Positions 1 to 15,200 of a stretch of DNA of 64,000 bases are shown here, in pieces (position 1 is the stretch's first letter; each line of letters begins with the position of its first letter). Position numbers and translations under genes: made by a program. This DNA comes from Auanema rhodensis (lineage: Eukaryota > Animalia > Nematoda). Under the pieces are notes generated by a model. It was given only the letters and a program-made list of their open reading frames with translations, did not search any database and was not told the DNA's origin. Location: positions 9,796,001 through 9,860,000 of the forward strand of contig OZ059900.1 in assembly GCA_964057225.1 (NCBI GenBank), in the 5' to 3' direction.

Positions 1-316
1 CTAATTAGATAATGAGCCAATGGAAAATAATATTTGTGCCAGGCCCTCTCTATACTCCATCTGACTCTATGATTATGCTATAAATCTGGCAGCCTCTCTT
101 TTGAAGAAGAGGCCAACAATAGTTGATTCAGCCGACAAACAAGTCAATTGTTCGCTAAGCAACTATCATTTTTTCAGTTTTTCACTCATTTTAGTTTATA
201 ATTTATTTAATTTAGCGATAAATTATATAAATATATGTATATATATGTTATAATATTCGAACAACATGCATTATTGCTCAACTAAAAATTGCTTTTCACG
301 ACGTATTTCTAAGCAA

Positions 317-630
317 TCAGCCGTACTCATCGATATGTCCAAATAAAATTTTTTTGAGCTAACAATTTAAAACATATCTCCGCTATATAATAGTGTAGAA
401 ATACAGGAAATGTCGCCATTCGGCATGCTATTTCATCTATTTCACATTCAAAAATGTCTAAATTGTCATTATACTTGTCATATTTCAAAGTATAAGTATT
501 ATTTTATTGTTGTATTATACTTTTTTTATTTATTTTATTTATACTTACTTCAACAATTTCTTCGTAAATTATGCGATCTGAAACAATGCCTCCACCAAAT
601 GGACATGGAACAATTGAAGCATATCCTTGA
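317..630 (-). CDS. Possible 3' exons of an unknown gene (…GYASIVPCPFGGGIVSDRIIYEEIVEV / IFECEIDEIACRMATFP / LKKILFGHIDEYG*)
   Basis: On the minus strand, exon 457-405 and exon 358-317 (ends TGA) are joined in frame by a 46-nt GT..AG intron (404-359). The upstream exon and its phase are uncertain, and I recognise no homologue. Confidence 0.35.
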
Positions 631-3600
631 GCGCTCTTTTACAAACCTACACACGTAGTACGTACAACACGACTGTTACACAGCTATGCATTCATTTATC
701 CATTTTCTTCATCTTTAACTCTTTTTTCCCTTACTTACTTACTTTCCTCTCATTATTCTTCATTATCTACTTCACTCTCACTACTTATATCTTCAGCGAG
801 TTTCATGTTTTCCTCTTAGTTAATAGTTTTCTTCTCAATTTTTGTTTTTTTCTTATTCTATATCTCTTTCAAAATACAATATTTTACCTTCAAAGTATAC
901 CCTTAATCATGGAAAGTTTACATAATTCCGTTATTTCCACGGCTAATACATGAATTAATCTCAGTTATGAACATCTTATCTATTTTCTGAACTTACCATT
1001 TTCAATATTGTGAAGTAAAAAAAATGTTTTTTTCCACATTTTTCAACCAAAACAATCTTTTTCATTATTCATTATATTTACAACATATGGATGTATGTTC
1101 ACACATGCTGTCGTTTACCTGCATCACGCTTTTTTTAAGAAAAAAAGTATTTTAAGTTATACACATCTAATCATTAGCTTGTTTTCTTTATTTGGCTTAT
1201 CAATTTATAATCTTTTTCTTATTATTTCATTAAATATTCACTAATTTCGCCAATCATCTTCATAAACGACTATGGCAGGTGCTTATGATGTTTGTGTTTC
1301 ATGCTTTTCGTCATGTCTACCACCAGAATCATCAGATCAACAATTGAAATTCTGCACCGATTCGCTATTCTCGTTCTTGTGACGTGAAGAATGATCTTTC
1401 GAATTGCAATCTGACGCCATAGTATATACCCTTTATGTTAGTATTCGGACAACAAATAGTAATAATCAACATAGAGATACAAAAATAATTATCTTATTTT
1501 AAGATAAACTTTTTTTTGGAATCCTATTTATATTCACATAATCTATAATTTTCGATTATTATGCGTACTTTCATGTACAAAAATGTTCAACAAATATATA
1601 TATATGTAAGATTTTGCGTATTTCTTCCTCTTTTCAAATATGTTCAAATTTTGCCTAAGGGCATATAAGCTTATCCAAATCTTGATAGACCTATTCATCA
1701 ATTTGAAATTATGACTGAAGAACAATCTACAATTGTCATACATTTATATCTGTGTCTCTTGAAAATCATATTGCCGTTTATCTTTCCTTTTTTTTTCTCA
1801 AAAAATTTGCTCAATTTGTGTTTGGTGGTGCCTATGGCATTTTTGTCATGTTTCAAGCCGAAAAACGATACGAAATGGCTATATTTCAAATCGAAACAAT
1901 TGACCTAAGTACATTTCATTATGATTCTCCTTTTCTTTGAATTATACTTGTGTGCTTTAGAATATTTCGTTATTTATAGTTTGTAGTAGATTTCTTGAAA
2001 ACGCCAGAGCCCAGAGTTCGTACTAGAATGGAACGCAGTAGCACCAGACTAGGCATGTCTTGCAGTATGAACTGCATCATGCAAATCTGTAATAGATGAC
2101 AGATGTTTGCGCTTGAAGTGTGTGTATATGTGTGTCCTGCGAGTGAATAAAGAGGAATTTCGGCGCAAGGGAATGGAAGAAAAACTGAGTGAAAGTTAGT
2201 TTTGTCTATGTGTGAGCCGTCAACTCAATTCGTTTAAATGGTCAAACCAAAATTCGAGTCATTTTTCACGCCAACTGATGATTTATTGGGCATATTTCCG
2301 GTGGCTACTACACACAAATCTCACAAACCCAATACGAACTTATTGGGGGGGGGGCAGTTTTTAATGGGTGAGAGGGAGAGGGTTGAACAGGGAGAGAGAG
2401 TAAGCTCGGGGGTGTGAACGAGCAAAGTGAAGAAAGAGTTCGCTAGCCATTTTAGAGTAATAATGAAAATATATTTTATAAAACGCACTGCATTGTATAG
2501 TTTTATCAATTTCTTGTATTTTTATAAATAACTTTCAAGTTTCCTATATGATAGCTATGATAACTATTCCAATTTTTCTAAATTGAACTCATTTTCAATG
2601 TTGTATTTATGATAATTTTCACTATATTTAAATATATTTGTAATTTTTTGTTGTTATTTTTATGAAATTTCTATTTCTTTCAGAAATTACTCAAACAAGC
2701 TGTGACTACACCACCACGCTTCTTTCCTACAATATACTTCGAATTGCAGCTGAACTCTTTTAGGTACGCTAATTTTCAAAATTTTTGAAAATTCTCACAT
2801 TTTGAATTAAAAATGTTTTTGATTTTGAAACGAAAAATATGTTTCTAACGTATGTTGGCTTATATATTTATGTTTTTTTTAACTGTTTTTGTGCTTGTTG
2901 TTAGTAGTTTTGACAAGGTAAAGTTTATCTGGCATGTATATGTCGTGCGTGATGGTTGAATGTATGAAAATGTAAACATGTTGCTTCACAGAAACAGATA
3001 ATAAAGTCAGAATTTGTTGATAAACTAGCATTTTCTTTAGCTTTTTTCAACAAAAAAAATAATTTTGGCAATTCTACAAATTATTTTCTCTGTGTCCTTT
3101 CACATAGATAAGATAATTATATAATTTATTAAACTTGATTCTCAGTCAGATGTCTTAATCAATATTCTGTATCAACTAAAAAGCTGTTTGAAAATATGAA
3201 ACGGCTACAAACATTTGAATACAATGTTGTTAAATTTTGGCTCGAATTGATCACTTCATTCAATGTTCTACGAATGTATGTACCTGTATTTTTTGTATAT
3301 TTGCGATATGAATGGAAACATTCACATTCTTTTTTTCGAACTAGAAAGATAGGGGTACAATAATATTGTTTTATGTCATTTTCAAATAAACCAACATAGA
3401 TATTGATTTGTCACTTTATAAATTTATTTATATTCAACAAAATTCTGCTTCAAATATACAGCAGAATTACTTGAAAAACTTATCCACATGGCTGTACTGG
3501 CCACAAGTAATATGAGAGCAGAAAACAGAAAATGAGCCATTTCCTGTTTGTGTGAATGACCGAACACAGGCTGTAAGCGATCTTTCGATATTTTTTTTCA

Positions 3601-6600
3601 ATTTTTAATAAGAATAAACAACTTGTTATATAAATTTGTCTTTTTTGGATGTTAGCCGACTTAATGTGGACATAGGAAAAGTCGTTTTCTTGATGAGAAG
3701 CTACTGGTAAGATTCTTAGAAGCAGGAGCTCAATGACAATTCTGAAGATATTCGATGGAAGGTAGTCGGGAAACGTTTTTTTTCCATTTCGTCTTTCATG
3801 AAACCAGACGTTAGAACGGAAATTATTGGAGACAACTTAAGAGGGAAATTTTCAGTTGCAATAGCCGGAAAGGGAGCGAACAATGTTTCGATCTTTCACT
3901 TTCTTATTTTGGCCTCCGTTCTTTGTGTGATAATCTGAGATGGTGTTCAAATAAACGGAAAACGATTTTCATTGTTGCCAATTGAAAATACCCGGAAACG
4001 ATACTTTCCATTTCCAGAAATTTCTTGTTTTACTTCTCTTAGATGTAGATATTCAACAAATAGCTCTCAGGATATCTTTTACATACATTTGACTTCATCA
4101 AAATAAGTTGATACGTCTTATTTAGTGAGATGGCAGATACTAAACTCAGCGACAAAGTCAAATTAAAAAAATGACATTGTATCAAGTGTTACATGGTTCC
4201 AATACATTTGTAACAAACAGCGTGAATTGGTGGGCTCATGGCTAATTAATGATGTTCACATGGTACGAAGAACGTTGCCAAATTATATGAAGAAGGCTCT
4301 GCCTAAGTAAGCAGATCATTTCAAGTGTCATTATCTCTATTCTCCTCCTATCTTCTCACTAAAACAAAAAAACTGCATGTTTCGCAAAAGAAAATAAATG
4401 TATACGAGAATTGAAAAAATATGTTTAAGCAGCTGTAGCATTGAAAAAGTTCAAATAAATTTCGACTAATTTCTTCCTTTTTTTGTTTTTTTTCTGAAAG
4501 AAACAGAAAAAAAAACTCTCAAAGATCTATATCCTTACCTCAGTTTTCCTTCAAGTTCTAATCTCAGCATGTATATAAATGATTATGATTGAACATAGTG
4601 CATAAAACGCAAGCTGAAGCTTAATTGATGTTAAGGCGTTCACAGGGATTTTTACGCTTGATGAGAAATTAAGGACAATAATTTAGTTGTCATATGAGCA
4701 AAGAAGCTCAAGTTCACTTTCAGTTAGAACATCGCGTCCAGGTTTCTATGTAACTTATTATAGGACTGGTATGTATATGTTAGTGGATTCGTGGCTGAGT
4801 TAGAAGTAGAAGTTTTATGAAAGAATACACAAATACCTCAAGTTTTCTGAGAAATTTTGATTGAAAAAAGAATATTCGTGTCAACATATTTAACTTTGGA
4901 CTGTTCTAACACTTTCAAACTGATTTCTTTTTATGCAAATGAATACATTGCTGTTGAATTATTAATTCACAATATGCAGTTTGGAAAACAAACATTTTTC
5001 GTTACGCAGATGGGAATCTAGCAAAGTTGCTGGAGCTATATCCTGCTGATGGTTCCACTGTTGTTCGGAGGGCAGAAAAAAATTCGCATAAAAAAAAAGA
5101 GAAGAAATTAAGCAGGAGAGACAGGACTCAATGAATAGACTAGAGACACTGGCTGTATGAAAAGCATGTTGCGAGATAAAAATTTTGACAAGTTCACCAA
5201 TGACTTTAAGCACCTCCCTTTTCATCCATTTGACGAAATACTACAATAGTAATTGTGCATTCACAAGTTGAACAAAACGGCTAAAAGGTGACGGAAGTTG
5301 AAGAAGGCGACTAAAAAGAAGAGTGTGAGAAAGGTGCAATACTAGACGAAGACGACAAGTAAGCACCAACGCCTAGCCACCAACTTGTGCTATTTGGAAG
5401 TGCCTTACAACATTCAGTAGAGCTCTTCCTTCCCATCACTATATATCTACAGCCAGTCGCTTGGCAGCCTATTATTTTCTGATATATTTATACAGAAATA
5501 TATATATATTCTCATCTAATTTGGCCTTGTCTACCTATTTTAAAACTCTATTATATTCTTGGAAGCTGAGTTCTAAATGATGTGCTATGTGGGTTCTTGG
5601 ATCCGAATCCGAATCTCAGGAATTCTCATCATCTAGATCGTCGGAGTTTGAAAAAGTAAGCGAAATTCATGTTGATTTTACTTTCTACGTTTTTTTTTAA
5701 AAATTACTGAAGATAAAGGAATATTATTGAAAGTTATTTGTGAGTTATGAAAGAAAAAGAATGTGTAGATCATGGTTGACTAGTTATTTCACGCTTATTT
5801 TTATAAAAAATTAAAATTAAAATAATGCCATCTGACCCCTAACTCGTATAAGTGGCACGAAAATATATTTTCTATCTGTTTTCAAAACACAAGTTTTGAC
5901 TTTTTTTCTTGAGATTCATTCCGATGAAGTTTTTTTACTTAACAACTTACTCTTTTTTTAATTTCCAACGAGGATGCTGTATATAATGAAAATCGTCGCT
6001 CAATTCGAATTGTTTTACAAATATTACGAACAGTTTATTTTTTTGTATTTGATTTTCTCAAATTGTTTCGATTTTACAAAAAAAAAAGAATTTTGAAATA
6101 GTTTCTTGAATAAAATTTTTTTGAAGAATAATGATCGGGTTAATCACCGTTGTATCTTACATTTTAAAAATTTCTGTTGATTTTAAACGGAAATTGTTTT
6201 TCCAATAATTGCTCAAAAAAAATTTTTTTTCGTAAAGTTACAGAAAGTGTAGACAGTTTTGTTTCCAATTTTACTGCATTTTATTTGATTTTATAAGAAA
6301 AAAGGTCTTTCTTTCTCAATTCTAGTATAATTAATATACTTTTTCTGTTGGCATTGAGTTTTGTTCTCTCATTCTTGCAGTAAGAAATAAGAGAAAAAGA
6401 AAATATTTGAAAACAAATTAAAATGCAATGCTTATATATGTAGCTGTTCCTGAGCAATGTTAAGTATGGAAACGAAAATTAGCAGTTAGAATAATCTGTT
6501 GTTTGTTTGTTTAGACTAGTTGGTAATTTACTTTTCAAGCTTACAACTTTCTTTCTTTTTTATTTCAAAAATACATTAAGCACATAGCTACAAATTATAT

Positions 6601-9600
6601 ATCATTCATAGATAGATATATAACCTAATTATTTTATTTTATTTACAATACATAGTTTGACTTACTTTTCGTGCTCAGATAAGTGTTTGATTTTCAATCT
6701 CAAATCTATACTAATGCAGTGTGATTAAGCTGCCTGAATCAAAAGCCTATAGTTATACCTATAGTTAATATAAATTTACTGGATTGTCTTGAACTTATTT
6801 AATTTATTTACATAACTCTTGGAGCTAGACTGTTAGCTTGAATTGGTCAAAAACAATGGCAGATAGTTCCATCATCAGTCCAACTAGTGGGCTACATCTC
6901 TAGAGGCCGATAATAAATCAGAATTGTTTATTGCTGGCTAACATCATTTTGACTTATGCATATACACATATCCTCTTTTACACACTTTATCCCATATTTT
7001 CTTTTCTTCTTTTTTTTGCTCAACTCCTCTCCTTTACCGGACTTTCTTTTGGTAGAATATTAACACGAAGATGTATTGAACAGTTTGAGAAATATCTACT
7101 TATTCTCAACATAAAATGAAGAATCTTCTCTTGAAAACCAAATTTCTAGAATAGTATGTATATAAAAGAAATCCTTTTTTTTCTCTTTTCTCTCTTGTTG
7201 CATTTAAGACGAAATATTTAAACAAGTGGTATAGCCATTGTTAACTACTATAGCTATTAAGCGTAATTACGTTGAGTACGAGAAAATACAAAAACATCTT
7301 TACATTTTGAACAGCAATTTTATATTATCTTTAAAAATGTTTTTTTTGCCACCTTCTTCCGTCTTATCTTTGCCGACGAAAAAAAGAAAATGAATGAGAG
7401 TATTTTGCTAAGAAATCTTTCTCATTTTCTAACGCAGAATATCTTTTCTGCATTCATTCTGCCAGTTCACCTCATTTTTTTTCTTTCGTTGCAATGTCTT
7501 TAATGCTTAATCTTTTAATTCTCATTCATTGTATCGAAAATATTACGTAGAATTAAAATGTCCGGGTCAAAGCTATCTAAAAACCAGCTTGTTCTTTGAT
7601 TTGTCAGCAACTTTAAAATTTAGATAAAAAAAGAGTTAATGAAGCTTTTATAAAAGCCATATAACAATATGATTTATGTATCTTTATCTTTGCTCATCAC
7701 CTAGTCTCTATCTTGTTCAATGTGAAAAAGCTGTTCAGCAATTGCGAACGATGCGTCAATTGATCACATCCGTCTGGGCTAACTGTCGATGCTCCTGATA
7801 TTGACATGCAGATCGACAGAACGTCAATTCTAGCAGCAAAATCGTTTTTCTCTTGTCACCCGCTTTACACAATTTGTCTTGATCTAACACCTTCGAGTGC
7901 TATTTTGACGACAAAAGAGATAAATGTCCAATATGCAAGTAGAGACGAAAAGCTAGTAGTAGTGTCATCACAGCATAATTAACTAATTTGTTGTTTTCAA
8001 TCTGTTTATTTCATTCTTCCTCTAGTCGTAACAATCCCACAATGTAGACGAAATGTGTCTCTCTCTTCAGTAATCAGAAAACTGAGTGTGAACGCTATAG
8101 AAAGCTATCAAACTTAGTAAACTATTGATTCCAATTGATTACTTTTATGCAATTTTAATGTTATATTAATTTCATTTTCCTTTAATATTAGAATGCTCAT
8201 AATATTATTATTTATTATCAAATTAACGTGAAAAGCCATGATTTCAAATTTGAATTTTGTTTGGTTCTAGTAGAATATTCTAAAATAATTTTTTGTTCTT
8301 TTCACTTTTCATTAAAAAAATTAAAGTAATGATTTTTTCATTATTATTCTATTACCTTGTTCTTCTCTACCATTGTCATGCCTTTTACATTAAGCTGATT
8401 ATTAGAGATTGTGACATATTTGACGATTTTGAGCAGCAAATACTTACAATGACTCTTATTCTTTCTTGTTTTTCAACTATTCTTATCTATTAGCAAAATT
8501 TTTGGTAATATAATAAAAGAACAGACTGATTTCTATTTAATATTTTACCTTGTTTGCTATTCAACATCTCATTTGTCTTTTTTGAAAGACATCAGCAAAA
8601 AAATATTAATAGCTTGTTGTACATGAAATGCGCGCATATGACATGCTCTTCAACAGCTGCTTCAGAAATGCTATAAGGAAGCGACGCAAAAATTGAGCGA
8701 ACTAACCAAACTCACTGGGAGGGAGAGAGAATGCACAGAGAGGTGTGAAAGAACTGGAGAGAACGAGAGCGGGTAAGAGAGATGGACGAACAGAAAACAA
8801 GAAGAAGGCAGAAGATTAGATGTGGAAGCAGGAACATGCTGATGAAGCTGACGTTGTGGAAACCGTTGAAAGTTCCCATCTCTGTCGTCAGTGGCCAATA
8901 GCTCTCTGTGGATGGTGCTCGAAAGTAATAAGATTTGAATTCAATTCTGCATACACATCTTCAGCTAGTGGCCTTGCCTCCTTCGTATGGAAGTCTGATT
9001 TACATATCGCCCCGTTTAGTAGCCCATTACTCGCTACTCGGTCATCAGCATACTAGAACAGAACGAGGCGACAGCTTGGGCGTCGACAATGAAGCAAACG
9101 TTGCATTCATTGTCCAACATGTTGTTCACTCACCCCCGTCTATTTATCAACAACTTTTAAAAGTTTAATATCTATTTCCTTCTGTTTTTCTCATTGTTTT
9201 CAAAGTCAATATCTTTTTCGTTCTCTCATACTTTGCCAATCTGATCATTTTCTTCAAATTATGTGTGAATGACTCAATTGTATTCAAAGGCAATCTCAAT
9301 CCTATAAGGCATACAGAGATAGAAATGGAACGATTATATGAAGCAACACATAGCTCTAAGAATAAGAGAGAAAAAGAGATTGTGTGAGAGAGAGAGACAT
9401 TGTGAAACCATTTGCTGTCTCAATCTCTTTTACTCTTTTGTTTCTCACATGTTGTTACTCTATTCTTCCTCCTTGCTTTCGTTTAAGAGGCTAAGTCGTC
9501 AATCGGTTCCTATTCAAAATGAATTACTAATTACATGCCTCATCTCATCAGTCCTCAATACAAGATGCTTTGACATTTTAACTTGCGGTCAACTACCATT

Positions 9601-10349
9601 TACCACTATATACACTAATCTTTTTTGAAATTATCATCAATTTTGAAGGTATTTTTAGCCAAAACGTCACACTTTAATAGTTTTTTGTTTTGTTTTTTTT
9701 TTATTTTTATGCTTTCTTCATTATTCAATTGCATGCTAATTCATATTTCAGTTTCTCAGCTTAACTCACTTGCTCAATATATTTCTTTAATCTTTTCAAC
9801 ATATTTGATGTTGACATCAACATCTTTTCAACTTTCACACATCGACTCAGTTCAGTGTACTTCAGGCTCTGTCTTTGATTATTTCTCAAAGCTAAAGTTT
9901 TTATTGAGCTTTGATTCATGAATCATTCTTCTTCCTTGTTTCATAATTATTATCTAGATGATATTTGCTAAGAATCTTTTATTTCAAATTATAATAGTTG
10001 CTAGCTATCTGGCTATTACGTTACAACCACCTCTAACGTGAACTGTACCCTTCTGAGCTTGAACTAATAATAAATCGCCTTTTCTTGAATTTTATTCAAT
10101 ATGTTGATATAATTAAAATTTTTCTAAACTGTATATAAGATTATATTGCATATTTTATGGAGTTTGTGAAAGAGAAGACGATTAAGTGACTAAGTGTTAG
10201 AACATGATTGCCAAAATGAAATTGTAACCTAGACATGGCCATCCGATAACGACATTTTGTTTGATGAGGATTTCAATAGAGAGCTGAACTAAATAAGTCA
10301 GTGAAATAGAACACAGTGAGAGATGTGTAAGAGGACAAAACAGAAGAAA

Positions 10350-10540
10350 TAATGTGGAGAGAAAAAGAGAGAGAGAGAGATAGAGATAGAGAGAGATGTA
10401 GGAGTAGAATGATTTGACGTAGAGAATAGAAATTTTTAAAGGATAGCTGAAAACTGCCAAAAGGATTGAAATAGAGGGAGGATAACATTTTAGGTTTGAG
10501 AGAGAAAGGAGAGAGAGGAAAAGAGAGAGAGAGAAAGACG
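10350..10540. repeat. GA-rich low-complexity tract (similar tracts at ~12140-12270, 20660-20700, 21480-21510, 22270-22400, 27480-27510, 30640-30670)
   Basis: (GA)n/(CT)n runs are directly visible. Confidence 0.8.
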
Positions 10541-12169
10541 AGAAGACTTGAGTCTTTGGAATAGAAGGAAAACGATGAGAGTTGTCCAACAAAAATGCGG
10601 TAAGTCCATCAATTTTGGATTAAAGAAGCCGTGAAAGCATGCAGGACTTTTCTCGTCATCCGGTTCTTAAACGTATTCGTTTGACGGTTCTCGTTAGACT
10701 TTACGCTTTTCCAGATTATTTTTTATTTTACATTGCAAGTAGTTTCATTTTTAACCTATTATTCGATTTTTGAATATATTTTCAAGAAATATTGGCGATA
10801 GATCTTTGCATAGTCCAAAAACACCAATTGAATGTTGCTTACTCCATCCTAGTCTGAAGTTTCTTACACTTTGTAAATTATTTTTCTTCAGTTCATATCA
10901 TGAGAAAAAAAATTGTCGTCTTCGCTCGGAAGGCCATGCAGCTCATTAAATATGAGAAAAATATGTATAAAACCCGTATTTCTTACTATTCATAAATTGA
11001 AAATTGAGTTCGTTTCTTATGTAGCAATCGAGTAGCGTATGTTCGTTGCTCTATGCAAGTGGACGTGAAGTCCATTCACATATTTGATTATTTGGCACCA
11101 GATCTACATATTATAAACTATATGATATAGTATTTTCAATATAGTATATGGTTCTATTAGATATGCACATGTACATGTAACTCTTTTTCTACAATACTTT
11201 GTGCAATTTCTTTTAAACGAACATCATTTACTCAATATAAATATGTGTATTCACGATATATAAATATATAATATTCTATATATACTATATCTACATATCT
11301 CTATATGTGTGTACGTGCCATCAGCATAGACATACATATATTTATATTTGTTATCTAAGAAGAATTATATAAATATAAATTGTATTTTCTTGCTGCTCAT
11401 CATTTTGCTTATTCTTGAATCATTCACGGCATTTTCTTTATTTTTCTTTTTATTCTTTTTTTTTGGCACACAAGAAAGCAAAACAAGACAATTGCATTAT
11501 ATGCTATAGTCTAGCATCCGTTTATACTATAGTACCTTCTAACGTATAGTTTAACTTAACTTTTATTGTCTATCAGTCATAGTAAAATACTAGAAAAAAA
11601 GACGAAATAACACTAGAAAAAGTTAGAAACTCAACACTCATATGCTTCCAAATCATCATGAGCATCTGCATTTCATAATCTTCGGCTTGTGTTCTAAAAC
11701 TTTTTATGTTCTAAACAATAAAACCGTATGATATTTGAATATTTTGCTAGCCATATGGCTTTGATGCATGATTCTGTCTCAACATGTCTACGAAACTATA
11801 TGGATGATTCGCTTGTTACTACTTTTATTCTGTTTTAATTTATTTCATGGGAGGGCGAGTACGAGTAAGTATCATATTCCATTTTCGTTCTATAATTTCT
11901 ATGCGCAGTGGTATTGAGCAGCTTAGTACAACAAATAATCAGGCTGTTCAATTCTTATTTCACTCAATACTTGCAATTAGTAATGTTTTGTAATTTGCCA
12001 CGTCTTTTTGTCGATTACGTAGTTTTAAATGAGGCGAAATGGCAGTCAGCAGCTGCTATTCCGTTCCGTAAGACAAAGGCAGACAAAAAACCGATAAGAA
12101 AATGCAAGCTTAAGAGAGAATGACAGATGAAAGGTAAGAAAAAGAGAGAGAGGCAAAGGTCAGAAAGAA

Positions 12170-12202
<33 letters not shown>

Positions 12203-15200
12203 GAAAGCATCTGTAGTATACGAAGAATAACAGAGAGAATAAGGAAAAGGAAGAGAATGAAAGGAGAAACAATAAAAGATCTTCTCTTCCTTTTAAGGCT
12301 ATTCATTCATTCATTCGGTTTGTGTCTGAAGACACGGAATCATTCTAGAGCGGAAGCGTTGATGTACCTCAACGTTGTACTCTATTGCATTTTCTAGAAA
12401 TAGCAAAACAAAAGAATGAATTATAGCATCAAAGCGTCTTTAAATAAGACTTTTTTCTTTCATTTTCCCTATTTTTTTTCATAAAAGTTAGAACCAGCTA
12501 GATGTATGTATATCTATGATGTATCCTATGTACTCTAATCTCCAGCTAAAATCCAAATTGAATTATATGCTTATTTATTTTTTATATTTTTTTCAATTTC
12601 ATTATTTTCGTAACACTCTTTTTCACTTTTTTCATATTTTTCTCATATTTTCAACACTATACATCGATATTTTCTTTTTTTCTTGTCTTAAGAAGTACTA
12701 TTTTGAAAAGTTTAATCATTTGAAATTTCGTGCTTCAGCATTACTTATAAAGAAATTAATTTCTCTTTGCCTTGCTCTATTTTACAACCCAAATACTCAT
12801 AAATGCTCAGATTTTCATTATCGCATCCGAATCCTCCAATGCAATAGTATTTTGATCTTCTCTTTCGTTGTGTCAGTGAGATTTATGAATCAGCGGTTTT
12901 CAATCTACTGATTTCGTTTCTTTAGCACTTCCATATCGTTTCGTTGGTCATATGTCATATTGCTGTCATTCTATAAGATTATACACACATAGGGGGGCTT
13001 GGCATTGTAAGCATTTTTTCTGTTCCTCTTTGTTGGGTTGTGCTCCTTCACTTACATGTTCATCCTCACACGTCCCTACTTTGACTTATTTAGATTTTCG
13101 TTTTGGCCTTTTGCTTGTTATGTATCCTTTTCATCTTTTCTCCTTCTTCCAACAACTCCAACAACTGAGCATGGCATCGTGAATGTCCACACGATTTTCA
13201 AGCTGGTCATCAGTTCAGCAGTTTGACGATGCTAGCATCTCCCTAAAGGCTTGTTGCCCGCACAATACATAAGAACAGCAGTAAGCAGTCATATATTGCC
13301 CTAGTGGCAAGGAGGGTGATGCAGATGAGGAATATAAATAGGAAAAAGATGTAGAGAAGGCGTTCTATGAAGTTTAAAACTGAGAACAGAGAATTGCCAA
13401 AAATCTTGAACAATTACTCGCAAGTTTTGGTCTCTATATTTTCTTTTCAAAATGAAAAAAATGTACGAAAAACTTGTAGTTAAACTTCTCTACTCAAGTA
13501 TTTTTCTTTTGTTTTTCTTTAATCTTTGAATATTCTTTGTTCTCAATTATCTTTTTCAATCTTGTTTATTTTTTCGCAACTTCTTGACCATTTATCGGAG
13601 TTGAATATCGGTCACATATGGGAACATATGTTCAGGTGTCTCATGGGATTGCAATCGCACACATGATAAGATGTGCGTGATGAAGATCCTCATATTCTTA
13701 TGAATACATTATCACTAAATGTTTCTTGTAAACCTGAATGTTTTATATTTTTCGCCAAAATTTTAATTTTCAAATATTTGTTTTTTAGTATTTTTCATCA
13801 TTTTTTTTCAAGAATTGATAATAATTTCATGTTTTTCTCACCTATGAGTCTTATTTCAATATTTTCAAAAATATAAACACAACCCATCAATTGAAATCGA
13901 AAAAATTAGAGAAATTTCAATGTATTTGACAATTTGACAATAGAAATTGCATTGATTTCTCTTTTTCACATTTCTTCGGAAGCCATCTTTCTATTAGATT
14001 TTTTTTGATAAAACTCATCTTAAGTCGTTATGACATTCATCAAATTACCATTTTTTACATGTAAAGCTTTAAAATTTTTTATTGCAAACGCATTAAGATC
14101 CTCTTTTTTTCTTCTTTCATTTGCTCAGATCATTGTGTTCATCATCAAATGTTCGTCATCTATTTTGACGAGTATGACCGCAAAAATCAGGATTGACTGA
14201 AAAGACGGAAAATTGACAGCTCATTTTTGCTTTTTCTGTTTTTTTTTTTCGTTTTTTTCTCTGTTGCTCAATAATGGCTTAAAAAACTTGGAAGATGTAC
14301 CAGTCCAAAAACTGTCACAAACGAATGTTCTAGTGATATGTAACTGAGGACTTACACTCTTGCTCGATTTCAGCTTTGTATACTCATTTTGAAAATCATC
14401 AACTTTATCAGAAACTGGAACACAATTCTAAAACTTTAGTCTTTTTCCGCCCATGCCACCTCGTTTTTTCAATCTAGTTTTATGAGTTTTTCCAACTGTT
14501 GCCACTTGGGTTTATATAATTAATAGGAATTGTTTTAAAAAAAGTATTAATGGCATGACAACTTCTGTCCATGCTGTCTTAATCTCCTGCTGCCAGCCTG
14601 AATCATTAGTTTTCCTCTCTTTTCTTTTGCAATTCTAAGCCTAGCATTATCACTTTTTCTTCACTAAAACACAAAAAAAACAGCAAAATCTAAAAAAAAT
14701 TTGGAAGTTTTCTTTGACTTGACAAATGTTTCATGAATTTTCTATTTAATTTTAAAATCCAAATTTTTAGCTAGCTTTTCCTGAAGTTATTTCTTACTCA
14801 TCTACTTTTTCTCATGCTAGTCTGAGATGTCTGATTTTGATTAGAAAATTAAAATTTTAAATAAATTTTCTGAATCTGTCATTGTTTTTCTATGTTTCCA
14901 TATGTACCACGCGATCGTATTATATATTAATCAAAAATTCTTTATCTATTCGAAGTAAATTCAGATAGGGGATAGGCTTATCAAATGAGTAGGCTTCCCG
15001 CTTCCAGGTTCAATGTTCAGGCCACCTAAAGTAAGTTAAATCACGTTTCGAATTCAGTGTTGTAGAAGAGAATATCATAATTCGTTCATCTATTGCCAAA
15101 CATATTTTACAATTTGAGATGAACCTTGAGAAACAAATATATAAATTGTGTGAGAGATAGTGCGTGTTGGAAAGCATGCACTGAATGACATGAAGTAGAT